This document shows positions 29,201 through 36,887 of a stretch of 64,000 nucleotides of DNA, piece after piece (position 1 is the first letter of the stretch; each line of letters starts with the position of its first letter). Location: assembly GCA_025057395.1 (NCBI GenBank), contig JANWXU010000006.1, positions 592 through 64,591 of the forward strand, given 5' to 3'. The position numbers were made by a program, and so were the translations under genes. Below the pieces are notes generated by a model. It was not told where the DNA came from, ran no database searches, and worked only from the letters and a program-made list of their open reading frames with translations. This DNA is from Bacteroidia bacterium (GTDB taxonomy: Bacteria > Bacteroidota > Bacteroidia > J057 > JANWXU01).

Positions 29201-32200
29201 AGATAATTTTTACAGGAACAAAATTGCTAGCACAGTTGCCCTGCGGATTTATAGCTGCTATGTAATAAGTAGTATGAGTAGTGATATTAGGAATAGTAAA
29301 AACAAAGGGAGCAGTAGCACGAGTTTCTAAAGCCTGACTTCCTATTTGACTATAAAGACGAATAACAGCACCAGCAGGCATGCCCATTTGAGCAGTAAAA
29401 GTAACAGGACCAGGACCACAGCGAATAATCTCTATAGGCATAGGGTCTCCCGGATTGCCAATAGCAGAAGCGGTGACTTTAATACGCGGAGTTTCACAGC
29501 CAGGCTCAAACTGGGTATCTTCAAAAGCTGCTGCTACCCAAAATTCCTGTACCCCACTAACAGATGGAGTAACCAATTCAAAAGGAAAAGAGCTATCCGT
29601 AGCAATAGGCACTCCCCCTTTTTCTTGAGTGTATAGTCGCGCAATTTGGCCCGCCGGATTGCCCATTTGTACAGTTATAGTAAGCGGTCCTGCATCACAG
29701 CGCCCTACATTAGCAGCAGTAGGACGTTCGGGGCAATCGGAAAAAACAGCAATTGCCTTTTCATTAAATTCCATGGTTAAACCTGGCGCACTTCGTTGAA
29801 AAGGCCCTAACCCTGAAACTTGTGCAGGAAAGGCTTGCCCTCCACTACCTGGTAAATCTATCCAGCCCGTTGGGCTGCCCCCGCTAATAAAGCCTCTAAC
29901 ACGGCAAAAATCACGACTAAAAGCACTCCCTTCTCTTTCCGGACGCCACTGAACTCGTAAAGTAACATTATTGGTAGTTTGCGTACAAGTAGTAGGTGCT
30001 GGGGGTGTTAAATTAGGTCGCTCTTCTGTAACAAACCAAGTAGTTTTTACTACATTTTTGAAAGGATTGCCAAAAATTGTAGGAGGTTCAAAAACTTGGT
30101 CTTGTACTCGAATAGCAAAATTATCTCGCACGCCCAAGTTTTGTAAAGTTAGAGGAGCGTAATAAGTAGGAGTACCTACAGCAAATTTAAATTCACTGGC
30201 ATCGCCCCGGCATTGGTCATCCGGAGGTGTAGGATATTCAGCTACACCTCCACCTAAACAATCCCGTACTAAGCGTCCTGTACTATTAGTAACCACCCAG
30301 CTACTATCACTTCCGCCTGTGAGCAGGGCATTAGGAGGGGGCGTATTACAAGTTAGACGCAAATCATTATTATTGAGCCAAATACGCCCTCTTTGTAAGT
30401 CCAAAAGTCGATTAATTCGAAAAGGGCGTAAGAGCTGTAAATATTGGTCAATCTTATCGGTATCCATTCGCAAATTATCTATCATTGGATTACCATTTAC
30501 GGAACTGGTAAAAACTACATTTTTGCGAATGGTATTCATAAAGTTTTCATTATAAGGTTGTGAGGCCTGCCCGGGATTGGGTACTGTAGGCATTGGCTCT
30601 AAAAGTCTATCATAAATAAATACAGTTCCTCCTTCATTTACTAGGTCTGCTCCTTCATGCACTCTTCCATAAACACCAATATTAGGATAAGGACAGCCTG
30701 CAGGAAAGGGCGCAGGATAAGGACAAGGGTTAGCCCCTGGCGACTGCGGACTGCCCCTATCTACATACAAATAACTAAAGTCTCCCTGAAAGCCGTTATT
30801 AGGATTACCATCAATATCCGTCCCCGAAGCTAACCATGGAGTATAATCAACATAAAATTTATTAGCATCGTTAATTGGATTAGCACCACAAACTAAACCC
30901 CTTGAAAAATTATCTGCTAAAACAGCAATAGTAGCAGGGTTAGCATCTCCCCACCAATTACCACTCATATCTAAAATGCCGTTGGCTGGTCTTTGTCCTC
31001 CACTTTCTAGAACAGCTCCTACTTTACCAATTGTCAGGTGATTATTGAATACTTTAATCGAAGAAAGATTTCCGGGAGTAACATTTGAAGAAACCCAAAC
31101 GACCGAATGAAAATTCCTAATAAAATTATTTTGAAACAATAATACTCGAATAAAATTATTCTGAGTAATATTTTCAAACTGAAAAGCAGCGCCAAAATCA
31201 CCCGGAGAATTGTTATACTGCCCATCTAAGGTATTATATCGAACATACCAGTCACCGTTTGCATCCCCGTTATTGTAGCGGAAACTCATAAAATGCAAGC
31301 CGCGCAAACCGCAATCATTGCAGTTTAAACAATTACTGCCACAATTATCATAGCAAGCACTTTGAGCAGTACTAATTATAAGGCTAGCTGGTACTAGCCT
31401 AGCTATATAAGTATTGTATTCAAAGTAATTTACTCCCTCCACATCATCAATAAAAATAGCTCGGTTAGCAGCTATTGTAGTTCCGTTTTTGATATAATAG
31501 TATAATTGATTATGTCTTATTACGTGCCCTTCCACTTTAGCACTTCCGCTTTTGTTATCTAGGGCTAACAAGCGCCCCCTTCCACCATTGTTGTAGTTTA
31601 CATCATTATCATTAATAAAGGTATTATATTCGACAAAAGTATTACGAATACGAGATTGTCCTAAGTTTCCACCAATGGCATCTCCTACTATTCTTAAATT
31701 GTAAGACTCATTATCCTCGATGTGGTTATAACGTAAATAAGTACTATCAGCTTTGATAATTGAATTGGCATAAGGAGCATATACTCTTATAGAGACCCCT
31801 ATTTCCCCCCCTTTGATAAAATTATTCTTAATATCTCCTTTATAAAAGTTAGTAGCATAAATTCCATAAATGTTACGAGAATTGGCAGCAGTGTAAGTAT
31901 AACGCCGCTCTAGATTCGTTATAAAGGGAGAAATACCATTAAAGGTGGAAAGACCACCAGGTTCTTGCCCACCTCCAAAAACAATATTTCCTACTAGCAG
32001 AATATTATTCTGGATTTGAACATTTTGAAAAGCAGTACGAGTAGAACTAAAAAAAATAGTAGCAAATTGACAATTTTCAATTTTGTTATCACGTATAAAA
32101 ATGCCAATATTGGGGTCATTAGGGTTAGGAGAAAATCCGCCAAAAGCAGCTTCCTCATTTGTTACTAAAATTCCTACTCCATTCTCAGGGGAGCGGCCAT

Positions 32201-32654
32201 TATTAGCAGATGGGCCTCCATCAAGATTGCGAATAATTAGCCCTTCTATGAATATACTATCTACCCCTCCAGCAATTCGGATTCCGTAATTAGTAGTAAA
32301 GTTACCATCAATAATGGGGGCGTTAGGACCCGGACCTCTGTCTCCTGGAGTATTCGATTGGCCCCCAGGGTCTCCTATAATTCTCAGCTTAGATACCGTA
32401 ATAACATTTCCCGCAGGATAAACACCAGGAGCTACATAAATTGTCTTCATTTGAGTATGCCCACTTGCATTAGCAGCAGCAAGAGCTTGCGCTAGAGTTA
32501 GGAAAGGACTTTGCTGGGTACCATTTCTTGGTCCAGGAATATTAGGGTTAGCATCTACCCACCAATTAGGAGGTCCTTGGGCTAATACAACATTCATTAC
32601 CCAACATTGAAAAATATAAATCAACAAAGAGATAACGCTATAAATTTTGCTCAT
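20271..32654 (-). CDS. Giant T9SS type-A cargo surface protein: parallel beta-helix head, 32 Ig-like repeats, SprB-like repeat, 2 FN3, CTD
   Basis: Signal peptide; Asn/Ile-rich beta-helix ladder; tandem 'RCGxGxVTFT...LY...GG...TTTFY...GCxSxR' units; C-terminal 'LYPNPS...LAKGIYLL...KVIIE'. Confidence 0.92.
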   Translation of the reverse strand: MSKIYSVISLLIYIFQCWVMNVVLAQGPPNWWVDANPNIPGPRNGTQQSPFLTLAQALAAANASGHTQMKTIYVAPGVYPAGNVITVSKLRIIGDPGGQSNTPGDRGPGPNAPIIDGNFTTNYGIRIAGGVDSIFIEGLIIRNLDGGPSANNGRSPENGVGILVTNEEAAFGGFSPNPNDPNIGIFIRDNKIENCQFATIFFSSTRTAFQNVQIQNNILLVGNIVFGGGQEPGGLSTFNGISPFITNLERRYTYTAANSRNIYGIYATNFYKGDIKNNFIKGGEIGVSIRVYAPYANSIIKADSTYLRYNHIEDNESYNLRIVGDAIGGNLGQSRIRNTFVEYNTFINDNDVNYNNGGRGRLLALDNKSGSAKVEGHVIRHNQLYYYIKNGTTIAANRAIFIDDVEGVNYFEYNTYIARLVPASLIISTAQSACYDNCGSNCLNCNDCGLRGLHFMSFRYNNGDANGDWYVRYNTLDGQYNNSPGDFGAAFQFENITQNNFIRVLLFQNNFIRNFHSVVWVSSNVTPGNLSSIKVFNNHLTIGKVGAVLESGGQRPANGILDMSGNWWGDANPATIAVLADNFSRGLVCGANPINDANKFYVDYTPWLASGTDIDGNPNNGFQGDFSYLYVDRGSPQSPGANPCPYPAPFPAGCPYPNIGVYGRVHEGADLVNEGGTVFIYDRLLEPMPTVPNPGQASQPYNENFMNTIRKNVVFTSSVNGNPMIDNLRMDTDKIDQYLQLLRPFRINRLLDLQRGRIWLNNNDLRLTCNTPPPNALLTGGSDSSWVVTNSTGRLVRDCLGGGVAEYPTPPDDQCRGDASEFKFAVGTPTYYAPLTLQNLGVRDNFAIRVQDQVFEPPTIFGNPFKNVVKTTWFVTEERPNLTPPAPTTCTQTTNNVTLRVQWRPEREGSAFSRDFCRVRGFISGGSPTGWIDLPGSGGQAFPAQVSGLGPFQRSAPGLTMEFNEKAIAVFSDCPERPTAANVGRCDAGPLTITVQMGNPAGQIARLYTQEKGGVPIATDSSFPFELVTPSVSGVQEFWVAAAFEDTQFEPGCETPRIKVTASAIGNPGDPMPIEIIRCGPGPVTFTAQMGMPAGAVIRLYSQIGSQALETRATAPFVFTIPNITTHTTYYIAAINPQGNCASNFVPVKIIYRNLPTPPILQESVVTRCGSGSVTFTVIDNFTSKQLYRMYSSLNAPIAVASDSLFPFELTTSSLTTHTTYYIVSEDSFCRSNAIEVVARVFLQNLPNVTVQNVSRCGPGVVTFTVTGVTENEVLMYDAPQGGNLVSITSAPFEIRVSAIQSANYYFSQRNTQTTCESSRVLATVTLSSSLGQVSSVDVTRCGTGAVTFTVALGNPSGSQVRLYTEATGGQPIALDDTAPYTLITPLLTQTQTFYIENIEPANGCTSPRLPVRAFVSQAATINIGGSEVRRCGAGEVSFTIHNAQQGDVAYLYTQASGGSPLVVRNTSPYVLTADVSTTTTFFVELQNTATSCSSGRQPIVAKVHPIPVPPISQNIVRCGSGVVTLTVQVSGSGLGVRLWSAAEGGQMLDSRNEAPYLLSTGLSTSTTLFIESYDLSGNCSSGRVPVLVEVRELPHSVNALPIQRCGAGLVEISVTGVTTGGEVRLYSEPSGGLPLQSRTFSPYIFTLAISTSSTYYVALFDNNNCESSRTPVALTVLPPLALPQSNDISRCGPGSVTITALYTPEVSGVRLYTLLTGGVPIAQTSQNPALFTLENVQQSQLFYIESFQQGTGCTSQRVPVLVNILEAPSAVLGSSVRRCGSGVVTFSIIAPGSTEIQMFEDQASFSPIVVGSGSTAQLTTPVLNQTRTFYFAGFSIQTGCLGPKVPLEATILLSPTAPVVSAVGRCGAGGVSISPQMTPQSGNSVALYTSPEEEVPIIQSFTPPFVLNLAFVQTTTTFYLSSRASENNCQSIRVPVVVTIHTTPPGEVESNNVARCGRGVIAFTAQALAPQGTELRLYTQSAGDLPIQVIAGSEGVLQTPLLERTTTFYISQFSSLTGCEGPRRQVIAQVVAAPGIPFMSSASRCGPGVVTLTGSMGVPSGTEMRIYPNRTEEIPLAILTPPYEFRTGFLNTTTRYFISAYHANSKCESPRVEVEVKVFAIPGAPISSNRGVCGNSGTVNFTVRMGNPAGSEIRLYTIPSGGFPIASSSVAPYILASPQVSTTTVFYLESHDIVTGCSSHRIPVSAIVNPSQVLPGIPIAAGEIGRCGSGSVTITVQMGTPAGREILLYNAMVGGSIIAQSDQAPYHLVTPSLNQSTTYYLASRDINGCESVRVPVVINIHPIPSAPLVSSVSRCESGPVTFSIQMGEIEGTEVQLYSTSVGGVLLASASTPPFRLTTPSVLQTTSYYVQVVNSITGCSSARVVAIAIVNPPLPRPNALGASRCGEGSVTLSVHAVGGGTSGVLLYATGQGGNPLAKDDSWPYELVTPSISSTTTFFVQSYNVATGCSSARVAVPVQILAIPAQPLVNSVQRCGAGAVTFSVSAGQVPVREVRLYDENGNWISSTFRAPFELTTPIITRNQTFGISSVAANSGCESSRIFVQATVHEIPALPQVDPVFRCGPGNISFTVRGVATGQTVRIYNAPSGGEVIAQESNFPFVVPLYFNTTTTYYVSIQDQTTGCESERIEAKAEIRRLPSPPTAVANLSRCGAGKVHITANVVENVHGVRLYDRNGNFIAEASSSPFILETPSLETTATYSLRSVLQNCESNSTNIEVVIHSIPGLPRVNDIRRCGVGEVTFTAHMSFPLGTSIRLFAQPIGDNLLAEDESFPYELKVNVTSDQTFYLESYDAKTGCTSSRIAATANIERIPPQPILESTSFRRCGQGSITLTISNFQGNQVLLYSTSRGGQALAESLGNPAQLTIPSITTEGVIYYIAFRNRSSGCESERVAVNVSALSLPPPPVVNNSSRCGIGRISFTVIAVGTSEYVMRAYSLATGTTADAFDDAPPYELQTPLLTTNTTWYFEAEDKRTGCRSARTAAVAQIHAVPALAPVSRIVRCGAGSVTFTAFLSTGLGDAVRLYALPTGGETLWSDNIFPYELTTPFTLQTQTYYLEPFSSQTGCIGERIPAVVEIESVPMLPIAENANRCGVGSVTLTVYNESGSEVRLYSQEAGGVELTSGRGRIVFINTPVLNSTTTFYLASVSGICESPRVAVRVNVTEIPSLPIVSPVSRCGAGSVSLSISSSTNAERIEVYNTPSGGQLIGVIVGNRGVLSIPFVSSSTLYYVSSVNGNCRSSRQMVSVNILSLPSQVEVNNVSRCGSGAVTLTVSSQGAEEIRLYESSSGGFAQVVAPGSVNVQLVTGILNRTTTYYLSGFTANCESERRPVVISILPIPPLPRVESVSRCGAGLVSLTVQTLGGESIRVYNSLQGGDVVASSASGVVNFTFNLTTTTSFYVSSVEGSCESPRAIAVAQIGVLPATPFAENLNFCGGGLVRFTATMGTPIGNEILLYDSNNQLVDVATIPPYTLEGGRISTSATYYIRARNGNCLSEARAIRVVVNLVPSAPIVEPITVCSTGIVTLTASVAGMVDEVRYYDAQGQEVARSSNPPYAARVNVGGNTSFSVSSWKQGCESPRINLPIRVFTQLTPPQLRNITRCGAGVVTISAPSPEGNNNSFLLRLYDGQGNWVGETGSPFSIEIPFVNQTQNYFAAWVVNGCESMRAPVTVEIEPEVEPLAATAAPRCSPGVFTITINGNAKSYRLYSQPVGGEPLADSREPRLETPFLSTTTTYYVSGANGLCEGRRIPIALRVGSNLVLTTQVRAALCDGGGQVNVQVRGGSGSYLYRLGTIQQNHGNFSGLAPGSYFLNVIDIDNGCSSSEVIIVPEGWTMPLVTITSIEASRAQISWPVVAGTSRYRVRYRAIGQENYTHLEVTTTNLVLTNLSAATTYEVSVAPICFYGAANFGEAAIFTTAASNNNERSCIAGNLQVTVRSASEASVNFQGLSPGIVCYVLSYGLLNEPTERWQEVLIPHPQQGIQLTGLLPNGIYGVRVRANCTTCSIRQGTLGQWSSVVNFVQRVAREETSSGVDFILYPNPSAGLVYIRFQGNGPKSTKLKLWDMQGRLLLQKEVLIENVETLVDVSHLAKGIYLLSLESEEDAIRAKVIIE
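21345..29725 (-). repeat. 32 tandem Ig-like protein repeats of about 87 aa (Ig_7/CHU_C-associated type)
   Basis: Counted 32 [R/V/F]C-G-x-G-like starts in the translation, each with a second Cys near its end; diverged at DNA level; boundaries approximate. Confidence 0.85.
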
Positions 32655-32706
32655 AACTAAACTAAAAATTTCTAAAACAGGAAACCTACATATAAAACTG
32701 GCAGGG

Positions 32707-32714
32707 CAAAAATA
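32707..32714 (-). promoter_or_regulatory. Bacteroidota -7 promoter box (TATTTTTG-C)
   Basis: TAnnTTTGC about 52 nt upstream of the giant gene ATG. Confidence 0.6.
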
Positions 32715-32953
32715 AACAAAAAAATAGCTTTATAAAGGCAGGCAATAAATTTATAGATAGATTAAGAAATAATTTTATTTAATTATATCCGAGATACTCG
32801 AATTTTTTTAGCGTATAGATAGAATTTTCTTTATAAAGAATACATGAATTTACTACGTAATAAAATTGAGTAAATAATCAGTTTTATAATAGAAGGGTAT
32901 TTTTAATACTTCAATAGAGTTGCACTTAAAATATACCCAAAGCTTATAGTAGT

Positions 32954-34176
32954 TTAATTTTTAGAATGTTTGATAAACTCTGCTTTTTGCAAAAAGTGAG
33001 AAGCTTTTTCATAGTCTCCTAGCTTTTCATATACCTTTGCCATATCCTCATAAATTAATCCTAGGAGTTGTTTTTGATTTTGCTCCTCTTTATCTAAGCA
33101 AATTGAAACAGCCTTTTGGTAGTGCTCCAAGGCTTTACCATACTCCCCTTGGCTATTGTAAATAGAAGCTATATTTTGACATATTGCTGTTGCTGCTTCC
33201 AAAGCTCTTTCGTCTAATAAATCTAATAAATGGATAAAGCTTTTTGATAATAATACAAAGCCTGGGCGCAGTTACCTTTTTTAAGGTATATGGCTGCTAT
33301 ATTCCCATAGAATGACGCTACATACTCATCTTTTTCACCCCACAACTCTAAACAAATTGCTAAAACTCTCTGGTAGTAATCCAGAGCTTTATCATAATTG
33401 CCCTGGGCAAGATACAAAAATGCTATGTTCTGGTAAACTACTGCTACTTCCTCATTTTTTTCACCCCATAATTCTAAGTAAATAGCTAGGGCTTTATAAT
33501 GATACTCTATCGCTTCGTCGTATTTAGCATTATTATGGCACATAGTTGCCATGGTCCTATAAGCTAATGCTACTTGTTCACTTCTTTCCCCCCAAAACTC
33601 TATACTTAAAGCTAGAGCTTTACCGTAATACTCCAGCGCTATATCGTAATCCCCCTTCTTGTTATAAGCCGTTGCCATATCCTTATAAATCTCCGCCACT
33701 TGCTCCCTCTTTTCCGCAAATACCTCTAAATGAATTGCCAAAGCTTCGTGGTAGTACTCTAAACTCTTATCATAATTACTTTCATTAAGATACACACGGG
33801 CTATATTTTGATAGGCTGAAATTACTTTCTCACTTTTTTCACCCCACAACTCTAATATAATATATTCTCAAAACTTTCTAATAATACCTTAAAGCCTCCT
33901 CATACTTACCGTTGATAAAATACATAGCTGCCACATGCATATACAGTAGCACTGCTTGCTCACTTTTTTTCCCCACAATTCTAAGCATATGGCTAGAACC
34001 TTCAGATAGTACTCTAAAGCCACATCGTAATTCCCGTTTTGGGTACAAGCCATTGCCATATCCTTATAAATATCTGCCACTTGCGCACTCTTTTCTCTAT
34101 GCAGCTCTATAGCAACTGCTAAAGCCTTCTGATAATGCTCTAAAGCTGTATTGTAATTAATTTGATTCGACTCCAC
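32954..34176 (-). pseudogene. Disrupted tetratricopeptide-repeat (42-aa TPR) gene
   Basis: Starts GTG 34176 (VESNQ...NTALEHYQKAL, paralogous to the upstream gene start). Frameshift at G4A7 (33964-33974), in-frame TAG at 33878-33880, frameshifts near 33855 and 33225; joining frames restores the TPR register. Confidence 0.8.
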
Positions 34177-34195
34177 GATTCTATTTTTATAATGC

Positions 34196-35488
34196 TTAAA
34201 AAGTTCTAAAAACCACATACAAATTCCACGTCTCATCATACTCACCATTTTTATAGTGGGCAATTGCTTTATTTTTATAATCCCTTGCCGCTGTATCACC
34301 TTTCTTTATTAATAAATATTTGTAACAATACTCTATAGCCTCCGTACATTTACCGATTTTATAATAAACGGTTGCTATAGCATCAAACAACGGTGCTACC
34401 TGCTCATTTTCCGCCCCATATATCTCCATGTAAATCTTCAAAGCCCTCATATAATACTCTAAAGCCTCAGCATAGCTAGGTTTATATTTATCAAAACAAA
34501 CGGTGGCTATTTTCTTACATAATTCTGCTACCTTCTCAATATTCTCGCCATACAAACGTGAATAAATCTTCAAAGCCTTCTTATAATACTCTAGAGCATC
34601 GATATAGCTATATTTATCAAAATAACTTGTTGCTATTTCTTCATACACTTCTGCTACCTGCTCACTCTGCTCCCCATATAGCTCCAAATAAATTGCTAAA
34701 GCCTTCGCATTATATTCTAAAGCCTTTAAATACTGCCGATCTATAAGATAACTAGTTGCTATCTTCCTATACACTTCTGCTACCTGCTCACTCCGCTCCC
34801 CATATAGCTCCACACAAATTGCCAACACCTTTTTACTATACTTTAAATTATTATACTTTAAAGCCCTAATATAATTTCTTCCACGCAAATAGTCCTCATA
34901 TGTTTCGGCTGACCGCTCACTCCCGCCCCCATATATCTCCGAATAGACCCGTAAAACCGCCTCATTACTCTCCAAAGCTTCAGCAAAACTCCTGTAACAA
35001 GGCTCTATCTCTTTATACAATCCTGCTACCCACTCACTCTGCTCTCCATGTATCTCTAAGTAAATTTTCAAAGTTTTCTTGTAATACTCTGAAGCCTTGA
35101 AATACTGCCGATTTATAAGATAACTAGTTGCTATCTTCCTATACACTTCAGCTACCCGCCCGCTCTGCTCCCCATATAGTTCCACATAAATTGCCAAAGC
35201 CTTTTTATTATACTCTAAAGCCTTGATATACTTGCTTTTACGAAAATAATCACTTGCTATATCCTCATATGCTTTGGCTACTTGCTCACTTCGCTCCCCA
35301 TGTAGCTCCGAATAAATCTTCAAAGCCTTCTCATAATACTCCCAAGCTTTGGCGTAACTACTGTAATAAGACGCTATTTGCCTATACAACCCTGCCACTT
35401 GCTCACTTTTTTCTCCATGCAGCTCTATGGCAGCCTCTAAAGCTTCCTGATAATGCTCTAAAGCCGTATTTTTTTGATTCGAATGCAT
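34196..35488 (-). CDS. Tetratricopeptide-repeat protein (42-aa repeats, kinesin-light-chain-like TPR_10/12)
   Basis: Repeated 'ALEYYxKALxIYxELYGExSEQVAEVYxxIATSY'. Confidence 0.88.
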   Translation of the reverse strand: MHSNQKNTALEHYQEALEAAIELHGEKSEQVAGLYRQIASYYSSYAKAWEYYEKALKIYSELHGERSEQVAKAYEDIASDYFRKSKYIKALEYNKKALAIYVELYGEQSGRVAEVYRKIATSYLINRQYFKASEYYKKTLKIYLEIHGEQSEWVAGLYKEIEPCYRSFAEALESNEAVLRVYSEIYGGGSERSAETYEDYLRGRNYIRALKYNNLKYSKKVLAICVELYGERSEQVAEVYRKIATSYLIDRQYLKALEYNAKALAIYLELYGEQSEQVAEVYEEIATSYFDKYSYIDALEYYKKALKIYSRLYGENIEKVAELCKKIATVCFDKYKPSYAEALEYYMRALKIYMEIYGAENEQVAPLFDAIATVYYKIGKCTEAIEYCYKYLLIKKGDTAARDYKNKAIAHYKNGEYDETWNLYVVFRTF

Positions 35489-35538
35489 AATTGATATATC
35501 ATAAAAGACACCCCAACCACCCTTAGGTACAAACTCTA

Positions 35539-35625
35539 TTAAATTGCCAATGCCCTGTTATAATGCTCTAAAGCCTCGGCACACCGCCCCGCTCCATAAC
35601 ACCAATTGCCATCTGCTCACACAAT
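35539..35625 (-). pseudogene. Short TPR remnant
   Basis: Minus strand reads ...CYGAGRCAEALEHYNRALAI*, one degenerate TPR unit upstream of the intact gene. Confidence 0.5.
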
Positions 35626-36162
35626 TTTGACAGTGCAGTACTATTTTCACCAAAATATATTTAAAAATCTACTAATTTCTTTTGATAATTTTTCAAGGAA
35701 AGCATAAGTATTACTTATTCAAAATTCCAAATCAGAGTAGTTTAATACATAAGTAAATAGACAAAATTTTTGTTTTTTATTAAAGCAATTATAAATTAAA
35801 AAAATTAAAGTTATTATTAATTTTGGAAATATTAATTCTTCTAGTAATTTAATTATAATTTTTACGAATATAACTAAATACTACATACTTTAGAAAATAA
35901 ATTTTAGTCAAGTAACGGTAAAATTACTAGACTTAAAAGAAAAAAATTTTAATGAAATGCAAGTTTTAAAGTTAGAAGTAAATAATTTTATATCTACTAC
36001 TTTTTAGTTAATTCTTAACTATACTGGGAATAAAACTCAGAAGTAGGCTTATGCATTAACTATAACTTAATGCTTTACAAATTTTTTATAGAAAGTATTA
36101 ATAGTTGTTTATTATTTATAAGCTTAAACAGCTCAGAAAGCAGAAAAAACAAATATTTCCTG

Positions 36163-36170
36163 TAAATTTG
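36163..36170 (+). promoter_or_regulatory. Bacteroidota -7 promoter box (TAAATTTG-CA)
   Basis: TAnnTTTGC 28 nt upstream of ATG 36199. Confidence 0.6.
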
Positions 36171-36198
36171 CAGCTAACAAATCTTAAGCACTAATCAA

Positions 36199-36759
36199 AT
36201 GAATTGGAAAAAATATTTAGAAGATGCTAATACTGAGTACTATAGAAGTGATGAAATTAATAAGCCGCAGCTACTAGAAAATATCAAAAAAATTCATCTT
36301 TCACTACTACGAAACCCAGAAGAGCTAGGGGAATTTATCGAATTTACAATGCAAAATATAGGATCTATTTACTTACCCTATCTATTTTGGATAGAGGTGG
36401 CTAAGCTTTTAGACAAACGCCATAATCCTGAATTAATCTACCAAATGATAGAAGCTTTTTGCAACTCCGATTTCGAAGAGGGGGAGCGCAATAAAATGAA
36501 GCCCCTTCTCATTATTTACTTTGCGATGGAAAACGAATTTCATATCGATCGTATTAAATCCTTTATTATCCAAAAATCACACAAAACAGTACAAGATTAT
36601 TTTAGTCTTATCTTTAAATTCGTCCACCATAACAAACGTGCAGTAGAAGTTTTAATTAAAAAGATGCAAATGCTAAAAAAATATTACCCTTCGTTCGAAC
36701 TTTTAGAGCTTCCTGTGCAAGAATTAGAAGAAAAATTAGGCAAACCAAAAACAAGCTAG
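36199..36759 (+). CDS. Hypothetical all-helical cytoplasmic protein
   Basis: 186-aa ORF with own promoter box and downstream hairpin; no motif recognised. Confidence 0.75.
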   Translation: MNWKKYLEDANTEYYRSDEINKPQLLENIKKIHLSLLRNPEELGEFIEFTMQNIGSIYLPYLFWIEVAKLLDKRHNPELIYQMIEAFCNSDFEEGERNKMKPLLIIYFAMENEFHIDRIKSFIIQKSHKTVQDYFSLIFKFVHHNKRAVEVLIKKMQMLKKYYPSFELLELPVQELEEKLGKPKTS

Positions 36760-36819
36760 AGCGTAATTAATTTTTACTTGATTAACCATAGCAGCTAAGT
36801 ACCATAATAAAACTAAAAG

Positions 36820-36852
36820 GCTCCACCAGTTACCAGAGTTTACTAGTGGAGC
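36820..36852. terminator. Imperfect hairpin between convergent genes
   Basis: GCTCCACCAGT...ACTAGTGGAGC. Confidence 0.5.
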
Positions 36853-36887
36853 TATATGTAAAGTGTAAAAAAACTAAAACTAGTTTT

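Noticed and set aside
21885-32289. Many short + strand ORFs within the giant gene (likewise inside clpB, rarA, the other T9SS genes and the phosphatase)
   Set aside because: Antisense or alternate-frame shadows of long, well-supported CDSs with no recognisable motifs
33964-33974. Phase-variable homopolymer switch
   Set aside because: Tract is short and three further lesions downstream would still inactivate the gene
34177-34299. 5' part of track ORF 33889..34299
   Set aside because: Overlaps the upstream TPR gene out of frame; paralogy points to GTG 34176 as the start
32954-35625. TPR near-duplicates as DGR template/variable repeats or a CRISPR array
   Set aside because: No reverse transcriptase or cas gene in the window, differences are not confined to adenines, and the repeats are in-frame 126-bp coding units without unique spacers
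35630-36160. Long AT-rich intergenic gap as ncRNA, origin or mobile-element scar
   Set aside because: No stable GC stem, DnaA-box cluster, terminal inverted repeats or target-site duplication seen by eye
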